Source: Caulobacteraceae bacterium (lineage in GTDB: Bacteria > Pseudomonadota > Alphaproteobacteria > Caulobacterales > Caulobacteraceae). From it: a stretch of 64,000 nt of DNA. Position numbers and translations under genes: made by a program. Each line of letters starts with the position of its first letter. Within the stretch, counting starts at the first letter, position 1. Where the stretch lies: NCBI GenBank assembly GCA_036267835.1, contig DATAVF010000130.1, positions 554 to 64,553 on the forward strand. The letters run 5' to 3'. The notes under the pieces are model-generated. The model made no database searches and was not told where the DNA came from. It saw only the letters and a program-made list of their open reading frames with translations. This document shows positions 1 to 10,778 of this stretch, one piece after another.

Positions 1-703
1 AGACCAGCGGCACGCCGGGGTGTTCGACCAGGGCCTCGCCGACGGCGCGCTCGCCGACCAGCACGGTGGAGAGCCCGGCCGGCGCGTCGCCGAAGCGGGC
101 GGCGGCGCGCTCGAACAACGACTGGACGGCCAGCGCGGTCAGCGGCATCTTCTCCGACGGCTTCCACACCACCGGGTCGCCGCAGATGAAGGCCAGGGCC
201 GCGTTCCAGGCCCAGACGGCGACCGGGAAGTTGAAGGCGGTGATCACGCCGACCACGCCCAGCGGCTGCCACACCTCCATCATCCGGTGGTCAGGCCGCT
301 CGGTGGCCAGGGTCAGACCGAACAGCTGGCGCGAGAGGCCGACCGCGTAGTCGCAGATGTCGATCATCTCCTGGACCTCGCCCAGGCCCTCGGAGAGGGT
401 CTTGCCGGCTTCCAGGGTGACCAAGAGGCCGAGGTCGCCCTTGGCGGCGCGCAGTTCCTCGCCGAGGAGCCGCACCAGCTCGCCGCGGCGCGGCGCGGGG
501 ACCTTGCGCCACGCCAGGAAGGCTCCTTGAGCCGCGGCGATCGCGACCGCGGCGTCAGCAGGGGTCGCTTGGCGCAGCCGGGCGATTTCCTCGCCCGTGA
601 TCGGACTGCGCGCCGGGAGGTCGCCAGCTTCCAGCGTCACGCCGAGGCGGTCCAGCAGGGCGGTCGCTTCCTGAACGAGGCCGGGCTTGGCGTGCAGGGT
701 CAT
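1..703 (-). CDS. Aldehyde dehydrogenase, ALDH7 / piperideine-6-carboxylate (alpha-aminoadipate semialdehyde) dehydrogenase type; 5' part only, 3' end lies beyond the window edge
   Basis: Not in the ORF track because it runs off the window. Hand translation of the minus strand from ATG 703-701 gives MTLHAKPGLVQEATALLDRLGVTLEAGDLPARSPITGEEIARL...VTLEAGKTLSEGLGEVQEMIDICDYAVGLSRQLFGLTLAT with no stops. The EVQEMIDICDYAVGLSRQ block is characteristic of ALDH7/AmaB-type enzymes. ATGA start/stop overlap with the upstream gene (700-703). Confidence 0.8.
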   Translation of the reverse strand, partial: MTLHAKPGLVQEATALLDRLGVTLEAGDLPARSPITGEEIARLRQATPADAAVAIAAAQGAFLAWRKVPAPRRGELVRLLGEELRAAKGDLGLLVTLEAGKTLSEGLGEVQEMIDICDYAVGLSRQLFGLTLATERPDHRMMEVWQPLGVVGVITAFNFPVAVWAWNAALAFICGDPVVWKPSEKMPLTALAVQSLFERAAARFGDAPAGLSTVLVGERAVGEALVEHPGVPLV

Positions 704-1809
704 GCGGCGGCGCTCTGGCGGGCGGGGGCGGACTGGTCTTCCTGCGCATAGGCGCGGCCGAAGCGGTTGGCCAGGAAGTCGGCCAGCGCGATGTCTTCCT
801 GGCGCACGAAGCCGGCGACAGGCAGGCGTCCCTGCGCCAGCAGGTCGAGCACGGCGCAGAGGCTGGACGCGGTGGTGATCTGGATGGCCGACAGCATCTC
901 GCCGCCGATCTCGCGGGCGTAGATGCGGTTGGCGTAGGTTTCCTGCACCAGCCGCCCGCCCTTGAGGCCGGACACGGTGACGAAGACGATGACCACGTCC
1001 TGCAAGGTCGCCGGGACGGCGTTCTCCAGGATCTGCTTCAGCATCTCGCGGCTGTCGCGCAGGCGCAGGTCGTTGAGCAGGGCCTTCATGATCGCCGCGT
1101 GGCCGGGGTAGCGGATGGTGCGGTAGTTGAGGTTGCGCACCTTGCCGGCCAGCGTCTCGGTCAGGGTGCCCAGGCCGCCCGAGGTGTTGAAAGCCTCATA
1201 CTCGACGCCGTCGAGCGCCAGGCTCTCGCATTCCTCCAGCGCCCGCGACTGGCGCGCCTCGCCATCGACGATGGCCTCACACGGCTCGCAGTACTCGTTG
1301 ATCACCCCATCGGTGGACCAGGTGAGATTGTAGTTCAGCGCGTTGGACGGATAGCGGGGCAGGGCGCCGACCCGCAGCCGCACGTCGTGCAGGGTGTCGA
1401 AATGGCGGGCGAGGTCGGCGGCGACGATGGAGACGAAGCCGGGGGCGAGGCCGCACTGCGGGATCATGGCGGTGGCCGCGTCCTTGGCCATGGCCTTCAC
1501 CGCGTGGGTCGAACGGACGTCCTCGGTGAGATCGAGGTAATGCGCGCCGGCCGCCTTGGCCGCTTCGGCGACCTTGACGGTCAGGTGATAGGGCGCGGCG
1601 CTGAGCACGGCGAACTGGCCATGACAGGCAGCCGTGAGGGCTTTGGCATCGGCGACATCGAGGCGGCAGCGGCGCACGTGCCTGGGCAGCCGCGCCAGGG
1701 CTTCAGTCGACTGGTCGGCGACGGTGACCGCATAGTCGCCGGTGCGGGTCAGGAGGCCGGCGACGACCGCGCCGATCTTGCCGGCGCCGATGATCAGGAT
1801 CTCATGCAT
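700..1809 (-). CDS. Saccharopine dehydrogenase family protein (possible L-lysine 6-dehydrogenase)
   Basis: 369 aa. N-terminal Rossmann motif MHEILIIGAGKIGAVVAG. Overall saccharopine-dehydrogenase-like sequence. Translationally coupled to the ALDH7-type gene downstream. Confidence 0.8.
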   Translation of the reverse strand: MHEILIIGAGKIGAVVAGLLTRTGDYAVTVADQSTEALARLPRHVRRCRLDVADAKALTAACHGQFAVLSAAPYHLTVKVAEAAKAAGAHYLDLTEDVRSTHAVKAMAKDAATAMIPQCGLAPGFVSIVAADLARHFDTLHDVRLRVGALPRYPSNALNYNLTWSTDGVINEYCEPCEAIVDGEARQSRALEECESLALDGVEYEAFNTSGGLGTLTETLAGKVRNLNYRTIRYPGHAAIMKALLNDLRLRDSREMLKQILENAVPATLQDVVIVFVTVSGLKGGRLVQETYANRIYAREIGGEMLSAIQITTASSLCAVLDLLAQGRLPVAGFVRQEDIALADFLANRFGRAYAQEDQSAPARQSAAA

Positions 1810-1875
1810 GTGCAGCCCTCCTCACAAAGGTGATACCCTAGAGAAGCTGGGCTGATCCGTTGCTGATCGCCATGA

Positions 1876-4689
<2,814 letters not shown>

Positions 4690-4712
4690 TCCGGTCGAAG
4701 AACTCGCGCATG

Positions 4713-4740
4713 CCCCGCGCGGCTACGGCGCCGTGCGGGG
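4713..4740. terminator. Candidate stem-loop between convergent katG and the PLP-enzyme gene
   Basis: CCCCGCGCGG-CTACGGCG-CCGTGCGGGG: 10 bp stem with one G-T wobble and an 8 nt loop. No U-tract on either strand, so function is uncertain. Confidence 0.25.
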
Positions 4741-4799
4741 ACATCGCGCCCAGGTGGTTGCCTGGCCTCGAGAGGAACGGCAGGTAATCTGGAAGCTGC

Positions 4800-5918
4800 T
4801 CACCCATCGGCCGAGGGGGCGGCGTCCGGCTCGAACCAGGTCGCGATGCGCTCGGCGTGGGGACGCCAGTCCAGGTCGCGCGTCGCCAGCCACGCGTCGT
4901 CGAAATAGGTGTCCTCGTAGCGCTGGCCGCTGTCGCACAGCAGGGTGACCACGGACCCGGCCTCGCCCCGCTCAGTCATCTCGGCGATGATCTCGACGCA
5001 GGCGACGATGTTGGTCCCGGTCGAGCCGCCGACCCGGCGCCCGAGCCGGCGGCTGATCGCCCGCATGGCGCCGAGGCTGGCGGCATCCGGCACGGCGATC
5101 ATCCGATCGATCACCTCGGGGATGAACGAGGGCTCCACCTGCGCGCGGCCGACGCCTTCGATGCAGGAGCCGCACCCATCCTCCAGCCGTTCGATGGAGC
5201 GGTCGAGGAAGTGCCGGTGGAACACCGAGCCGACCGGGTCGGCCACGCAGAGCCGTGTCGCCTTGCGGGCGTAGCGGATGTAGCGGCCCAGGGTGGCGGA
5301 GGTGCCGCCGGTGCCGGCGCCGCAGACGATCCAGGCGGGTTCCGGCGCTTCCTCGCGCGCCATCTGGGTGAAGATGCTCTCGGCGATATTGTTGTTGCCA
5401 CGCCAGTCGGTGGCGCGCTCGGCATAGGTGAACTGGTCGAGGAAGTGGCCGCCGCATTCCCGCGCCAGCCGCGCCGCCTCCGCGGGCGCGTCCCTCGGAT
5501 CGTCGACGAAGTGAATCTCCGCGCCCTCGAACCGGATCGCCTCGAGCTTGGCGCGCGACGTGGCGCGCGGGGCCACCGCCACGAAGCGCAGGCCGATCAG
5601 GCGGGCGAAGTAGGCCTCCGACACCGCGGTCGAGCCGCTGGTGGCGTCGAAGAGGGTGGTGGCCCGGCCGATCCGGCCGTTGCAGAGGCCGTAGAGGATC
5701 AGCGAGCGCGCCAGCCGATGCTTGAGGCTGCCGCTCGGGTGGGTGGATTCATCCTTCAGGTAGAGGCGCACGCCCGGGGCGCGCGGCAGATCGAGCCGGA
5801 TCAGGTGGGTGTCGGCCGAGCGGCAGACGTCAGCGTCCAGCCGCTGCAGCGCGCCGCCGATCCACTCGCGCGCTGAACCTTCGACTTTCCCGAATTCGGG
5901 CTTCTGCATGGTGGGCAT
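4800..5918 (-). CDS. PLP-dependent cysteine synthase / cystathionine beta-synthase fold (fold-type II) enzyme, divergent subfamily
   Basis: 372 aa. Candidate PLP-lysine block YLKDESTHPSGSLKHR. Glycine loop VCGAGTGGTSATLGRY. Last gene of the 13241->4800 operon, 5 nt after the preceding stop. Confidence 0.85.
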   Translation of the reverse strand: MPTMQKPEFGKVEGSAREWIGGALQRLDADVCRSADTHLIRLDLPRAPGVRLYLKDESTHPSGSLKHRLARSLILYGLCNGRIGRATTLFDATSGSTAVSEAYFARLIGLRFVAVAPRATSRAKLEAIRFEGAEIHFVDDPRDAPAEAARLARECGGHFLDQFTYAERATDWRGNNNIAESIFTQMAREEAPEPAWIVCGAGTGGTSATLGRYIRYARKATRLCVADPVGSVFHRHFLDRSIERLEDGCGSCIEGVGRAQVEPSFIPEVIDRMIAVPDAASLGAMRAISRRLGRRVGGSTGTNIVACVEIIAEMTERGEAGSVVTLLCDSGQRYEDTYFDDAWLATRDLDWRPHAERIATWFEPDAAPSADG

Positions 5919-5923
5919 TCCGT

Positions 5924-6841
5924 TCAGGAGCCGATGGCGCTTGCGGCGCGGAGGTCGTCCCCGGACAGCACCCTGTCCAGGAAGGCGGTGGCCTCGGCGC
6001 GCATGGCGGTGCGGGCGCCCGACATCTTCGCGTTCAGCCCGGCCTTGCGGGCCAGCAGCGGGTCACCGGAGGCGTTCACGCGGCGCTGCAGCTCGGCGGT
6101 GACGCGACTTGCGTGGGTCGCGGCAGCTTGCGGATCCGCGTCGTCCGGCGCCGGACCCAGGTCGCCGATGACGCGCTCGTTCTGGTCCTGGATGAATTGG
6201 TGAAGCCTGGCGGTCTCCGCCTCGCCCCACCCATCGGCCCGAAGGATCCGCTCGCACGCAACGCCTTCCCAGGCCGAGAGCAGGTCGACGGCCGCGCCGG
6301 GCGCCCTGCCATAGTCCCACGCGCAGGCTGCCACGGCGCCGGCCGCCACCGCCTCTTCCTCCCCGGCGCCGTCGAGACGGGCGAGCCGCGTCCGCGAAGC
6401 GCGCCAATCCTGGCGCGCCACGCAGGTCCCGGCGGCGGCGCGCCGATGCAGCGCGATAACGTCGCTCGCCGCCGCGCTCGGCTCGGCTGAGGGCATCAGC
6501 GCCTGAAGGCAATCAGGGGCCGCTTCCCAGACCCAGATGGTCAGGAGATGCGAGGCCGCGTCCAACGTGTCGCCGGGATTGACCGCCGACAGGACTTCCC
6601 GCGCCAGCATCGCGGGTGAACGACCGGCGCCAAACCTGCGGACCAGGTGCGACAGCATCAGGACGAGCGCCGGCGGGAGACCGACCTGGGCCGCCCAAAC
6701 GACCAGATCGGATTGGGTGGCGTGGGGCGCGACCAGCGGGACGGCCGCTGATGCTTCGAGCGCCGCCAGCAAATCGGCCTTGAGGGCAGGGTCGCCGCGG
6801 AAGGCGCCGGCTCCCATTGGGCCGTGGTCAAGGTCAGGCAT
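5924..6841 (-). CDS. Uncharacterised protein, paralog 1 of a tandem triplet
   Basis: 305 aa, no signal peptide or TM segment seen, Ala/Leu-rich. Shares collinear blocks with the two upstream genes (GDPALKADLLAAL, WAAQVGLPPALVL, ALHRRAAAG, AWDYGRAPGAAVDLLSAWE, GWGEAE..RL, LGPAP, GDP). Confidence 0.7.
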   Translation of the reverse strand: MPDLDHGPMGAGAFRGDPALKADLLAALEASAAVPLVAPHATQSDLVVWAAQVGLPPALVLMLSHLVRRFGAGRSPAMLAREVLSAVNPGDTLDAASHLLTIWVWEAAPDCLQALMPSAEPSAAASDVIALHRRAAAGTCVARQDWRASRTRLARLDGAGEEEAVAAGAVAACAWDYGRAPGAAVDLLSAWEGVACERILRADGWGEAETARLHQFIQDQNERVIGDLGPAPDDADPQAAATHASRVTAELQRRVNASGDPLLARKAGLNAKMSGARTAMRAEATAFLDRVLSGDDLRAASAIGS

Positions 6842-6860
6842 CTGGGTGCGGGTCCTGCGG

Positions 6861-7754
6861 CTAGGGTTGGGCCGGGATGGGCGGCCGGCTGGTTGGGCGC
6901 AGCAGCGCGATCATCGCCTGCAGGCCTTGCCGCCGCCGTGTGGCCGCGGCCCCGGCGAACTGGGCCTGCAACGCCTTGTGCCGATCCCACGTCGCATCGC
7001 CGAGAGCGGACATCAGCCGATCAAGCCCGGTTTGCAGGTGGTCGACGTAGAGCGCGAAGGCGGCGGCGTCGGACCTATCCGGGCGCTGTCCGATGCCTTG
7101 CTCGAGGCGCGGTTTCACCTCAGCAAGCATGGTCGCGAGGCGGACGTCGTCGCCCTCGCTCCAGCCTGCGGCGCGCCGGATCCCCGTCCTCGACAGCCCC
7201 TCCCAGGCCTGCAACAGGTCACTCACGGCCCCGGGCGCCAATTCGAAATCCCAGGCGCCGGCGGCGATGGTCGCCATGGCCCTTGCCTGGTCGTCCTCGC
7301 CCTCGGCGAGCCGGCCCAGGCCGAGGCGCGCATCGCGCCACGCGTCGCGGGCGACCTCGCCACCTGCCGCCGCCCGCCGGTGCAGGGCCATAGCCGTGCC
7401 GGCGGCCTCGATGCAGTCGGGTGACGACAGCAGGGCGCGGAGCGGCGTCGGCGAGGCTTCCGACGCCCACACGACCCAGGCGTTCGGAACCCGCCCGGTC
7501 GTCGCGCCAGGCTCGATGGCGGCCAGAAATGCGTGGGCGTCGCCGATGGAAGCAGGGTCCGCGGCGAACGACCTCGTTGCGCAGAGGTGGGCGCCGAGGA
7601 GGGCGAGCGCCGGCGGCAGGCCGACGCGGTCCGCCCACGCGATCAGCTCGACGACGCTAGCGCCGGCTGGATCGACCAGCGGGCTGGGCGGGCTGGCTTC
7701 CAGGGCGGCGAGCGCCAGCGCCTTCGTCCCCGGATCGCCATGGAATGCACTCAT
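6861..7754 (-). CDS. Uncharacterised protein, paralog 2 of a tandem triplet
   Basis: 297 aa. Same block order (GDPGTKALALAAL, WADRVGLPPALALL, ALHRRAAAG, AWDFELAPGAVSDLLQAWE, GWSEGDDVRL). Confidence 0.7.
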   Translation of the reverse strand: MSAFHGDPGTKALALAALEASPPSPLVDPAGASVVELIAWADRVGLPPALALLGAHLCATRSFAADPASIGDAHAFLAAIEPGATTGRVPNAWVVWASEASPTPLRALLSSPDCIEAAGTAMALHRRAAAGGEVARDAWRDARLGLGRLAEGEDDQARAMATIAAGAWDFELAPGAVSDLLQAWEGLSRTGIRRAAGWSEGDDVRLATMLAEVKPRLEQGIGQRPDRSDAAAFALYVDHLQTGLDRLMSALGDATWDRHKALQAQFAGAAATRRRQGLQAMIALLRPTSRPPIPAQP

Positions 7755-7771
7755 GATCTGTTCGGTCGCCG

Positions 7772-8632
7772 CTAGTGAGACGCCGGCGATCGAAGGATCG
7801 CGACCAGGGCGGCGCGGGCCTGGTCGCGGAGCTCCGCCGCAGCGCGGGCGGTCGCGGTCGACATCTGGGCGTGGCGGCCGCTGATCGGATCGCCGAGGCC
7901 GTCGATGAGCCTCTGCATCTCGGCAACCAGGCGCCTGGCGTGGGGCAGGTGGTCCGCCTTGTCGCTATCGGGGGCCGGGCCCAGGCGCTCCTCGGCGAGC
8001 TTCATTTGATCCTGGCGGATCTGCAGCAGGCGCTTGTCGTCCGCCTCGGTCCAACCCAGCCGGTCGCGGATTCGCGTTTCGCGGGCGTCGTCCCAGGCGC
8101 CAAGCAGATCGACCACCGCGCCGGGGGTGGCGCGATAGTCCCATGCCGCGGCGGCCACCGCCTGTGCGACCTTGTCGCCGTCGGTCGCGAGCCGCGCCAC
8201 CGCGGCGCGCGCGGCGCGCCAGCGACCACGTTCGATCTCGACGCCGGCGGCGGCGCTGCGGTGCAACTCGGCGATCTCGCTCGCGGCGTGCTGAAGATCC
8301 GGGGCGGTGAGCATCGCGCCAAGCGGTTCGGGCGCGCTCTCCAGGGCCCAGATCGTCCACAGGTGGGCGGCGGCCTCAGCCTGGGCGCCCGGCTCGATCG
8401 CCCCGATGACGTCGCGGGCGAACTGCAGCGCCGGCGGCGCGTGAAGGGGCTCGACGACCAGGTGCGCCGTGAGCAGAACCAGCGCCGCCGGTAGTCCGAC
8501 TTCGTCCGCCCAGGCGACAAGTTCAGCTTCCTGGCTCCAGGTTGAGAGGGTGATCAGAGGCAGCCGGGCAGGTTCGTTCAGGGCATCGATCAGGTCCGCC
8601 TTTAGCGCCGGATCGTTGCGGTAGGCGATCAC
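7772..8632 (-). CDS. Uncharacterised protein, paralog 3 of a tandem triplet (GTG start)
   Basis: The ORF track gives 7772..8872, but its first 80 codons overlap the thioredoxin gene in another frame. GTG at 8632-8630 overlaps the thioredoxin TGA (GTGA) and gives (M)IAYRNDPALKADLIDAL..., aligning with the N-termini of paralogs 1 and 2. Confidence 0.65.
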   Translation of the reverse strand: MIAYRNDPALKADLIDALNEPARLPLITLSTWSQEAELVAWADEVGLPAALVLLTAHLVVEPLHAPPALQFARDVIGAIEPGAQAEAAAHLWTIWALESAPEPLGAMLTAPDLQHAASEIAELHRSAAAGVEIERGRWRAARAAVARLATDGDKVAQAVAAAAWDYRATPGAVVDLLGAWDDARETRIRDRLGWTEADDKRLLQIRQDQMKLAEERLGPAPDSDKADHLPHARRLVAEMQRLIDGLGDPISGRHAQMSTATARAAAELRDQARAALVAILRSPASH

Positions 8633-8964
8633 GCCCGCGATCCCGCCACCTTCTCGATCATCGCGGCGATCGTCGAACGCGGCGCGGCGCCGGCGAGGCG
8701 CTGGCGCACCTCGCCGCCTTCGAACAACAGCAGCGCCGGGATGCCCATCACGCCGTATCGCTGCTGGGTGGCCGGGTTTTCGTCGACGTTGAGCTTCACG
8801 ACCACGACTTCGCCTTCGTACTCGGACGCGATGTCCTTCAGCGCCGGCTCCATCGCCCGGCACGGTCCGCACCAGTCGGCATAGAAGTCGACGAGAACCG
8901 GCGTGGTCGCGGCGAGGACTTCGGCCTCGAAGGTGGCTTCGGTGACGTAGGAAAGGTCAGCCAT
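8629..8964 (-). CDS. Thioredoxin
   Basis: The last 111 codons of ORF 8629..10374 give MADLSYVTEATFEAEVL...VLVDFYADWCGPCRAMEP...GIPALLLFEGGEV with a canonical WCGPC active site and thioredoxin length. The rest of that 581 aa ORF is a shadow of the ABC gene. Confidence 0.9.
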   Translation of the reverse strand: MADLSYVTEATFEAEVLAATTPVLVDFYADWCGPCRAMEPALKDIASEYEGEVVVVKLNVDENPATQQRYGVMGIPALLLFEGGEVRQRLAGAAPRSTIAAMIEKVAGSRA

Positions 8965-8978
8965 CTGGTGGCTCCTGT

Positions 8979-10763
8979 TCAGGGGTCGGATGATTGTGCT
9001 GGGATCAGGATCGACGCGGCGGCGCGCCCGTTCGCGATATCGATGGCGGTAGTGTGGAAGCGCGCCACGGTGGGGCGGTGGGCCACGGAGACGATCGCGG
9101 CGCCGGGCAGTTCCTCGGTCAGCGCCCGGTAGACGTCGGCCTCGAGTTCGACGTCGAGGGCGCTGGTGGCCTCGTCGAGAAACAGGAAGTCCGGGGCGCG
9201 CAACAGGGCCCGAACCGCCGCCATGCGCTGCTGCTCGCCGGGCGAGAGAATCTGCCGCCAATGAGCTTGCTCGTCGAGGCGGTCGACGAAATGATCGAGC
9301 GAAAGCCGGCGCAAGGCGTCGACATAGCGGCCACGATCCGCCGGCGTCGGCTCCCGCGGATAGCTGAGCAGCTCGGCCAGGGCGCCGCTCGGCATGTAGC
9401 TGCGTTGCGGCAGGAACAGGATCCGGTCTCGCGCCGGCGTCTCGATGGCGCCCGCCCCGTAGGGCCAGAGGCCGGCGATGGCCCGCAGCAGCGTGCTCTT
9501 GCCGGCGCCGGAGCGGCCGCGCACCAGCACCCGGTCGCCGGACGCCACATCCAGGCGATCGACCTCGAGCAGACGCTCGCCATCCGGCAGGTCGATGCGC
9601 AAGCCGCGCAAGGCGAGCTGCTTGCCGCCCTCGACGAGGGTGATGTCGCTGGTGATGGGGCGCTTGAGCTCGGTATCGAAGAAGCGGATCCGGGCCACGC
9701 CGGCGCGCAGGGCGGCGATGCTTGCATAAAGGCGCGCGAAGAAGCCGAACCCGCTCAGCACCATGTTGAAGGCGAGGGTCGCCGCCGCCATCTGGCCGAC
9801 GGTCATTTGCCCCGCCAGGATGTGCGGGATGCTGAGCAGCACCGGCACGAGCTTGGGAATGAGCATGTTCACCAGCTCGTTGAAGGCGTTCAACTTGACC
9901 TGCGCGATCGTGTATCGCCGCCAGTTGACGCCGATCAGGCCGAAGAGGCCCAGCGCGCGTTGCCGCTCGCGCTCGGCGCCGCGCTCGAAGGCGATGGCCT
10001 CGCTGTACTCGCGCACCTGTCCCAGGCCGTGGCGGAAGTCGGCTTCGAGCCGCTGGCGGCTGACCTCGATCTGGGTGATCGGGCGGCCGATGAAGTGGGC
10101 GCCGATCGTCCACAGGGTGGCGAACACCAGGGTGGCGACCAGCATGTCGGCCGGAACCGTGATCGGAATGCCGATCGGCGCCAGCGACAGCGGATGCGAC
10201 GCCTGCCAGATCAGCCCGAGGGAAAGCACCACCGTGGCGATGGAGCCGACCACGCTCGGCGCCAGCTCGATCACGCTCTCGGCGATGAAGAAGAAGTCTT
10301 CCTGGATACGCTGTTCCGGATTCTCGATCCGGCGATCTCGCTGGAGCGCCAGGAACCGGTTCTGGCTCAGCCACTGGGTGACGAACTCCAGCGTGTACTT
10401 CGCCCGCAGGCGCCAGCGCAGAAAGTAGGTCGCGGCCAGCAGCGTCTGGCCGACGACGAGCACGGCGCTCAGGATCACGAGCAGCGAGATGAGAATGCGC
10501 TGCACCTTGGCCGCGTTCAGGGCCACCAGCGCGTCGGTCATCGCGCCGGTCTGCACGTTCAGCTGGACGATCAGAACGGCCGCCAGCAGGCTCGCGAAGA
10601 AGAGGATCAGGGTCAGGGCGGTGGCGACCCAGGGATCGGACTTGAAGTAGCGGCCGAGCAACCCGCCGAGATAGGCGGCGTCGCGCCAGATCGGGTCGTT
10701 GCGCAGTTCAGGCGGCCGCTTGTTGGCGGCCGCCTCTGCCGGACCGATCGATTCCGAACTCAT
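8979..10763 (-). CDS. Fused permease-ATPase ABC transporter, YddA / SbmA-BacA / ABCD-like transmembrane domain
   Basis: 594 aa. TMD carries IENPEQRIQEDFFF (the NPDQRI-type motif of the ABC_membrane_2/SbmA-BacA group). NBD has Walker A GRSGAGKST, signature LSPGEQQR and Walker B FLFLDEATSALD. Confidence 0.9.
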   Translation of the reverse strand: MSSESIGPAEAAANKRPPELRNDPIWRDAAYLGGLLGRYFKSDPWVATALTLILFFASLLAAVLIVQLNVQTGAMTDALVALNAAKVQRILISLLVILSAVLVVGQTLLAATYFLRWRLRAKYTLEFVTQWLSQNRFLALQRDRRIENPEQRIQEDFFFIAESVIELAPSVVGSIATVVLSLGLIWQASHPLSLAPIGIPITVPADMLVATLVFATLWTIGAHFIGRPITQIEVSRQRLEADFRHGLGQVREYSEAIAFERGAERERQRALGLFGLIGVNWRRYTIAQVKLNAFNELVNMLIPKLVPVLLSIPHILAGQMTVGQMAAATLAFNMVLSGFGFFARLYASIAALRAGVARIRFFDTELKRPITSDITLVEGGKQLALRGLRIDLPDGERLLEVDRLDVASGDRVLVRGRSGAGKSTLLRAIAGLWPYGAGAIETPARDRILFLPQRSYMPSGALAELLSYPREPTPADRGRYVDALRRLSLDHFVDRLDEQAHWRQILSPGEQQRMAAVRALLRAPDFLFLDEATSALDVELEADVYRALTEELPGAAIVSVAHRPTVARFHTTAIDIANGRAAASILIPAQSSDP

Positions 10764-10778
10764 GTGGAGGCGGTATCC

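Noticed and set aside
8965-10374. N-terminal ~470 codons of the 581-aa ORF 8629..10374
   Set aside because: Pro/Arg-rich nonsense overlapping the ABC transporter in another frame. Only the last 111 codons (thioredoxin) are credible.
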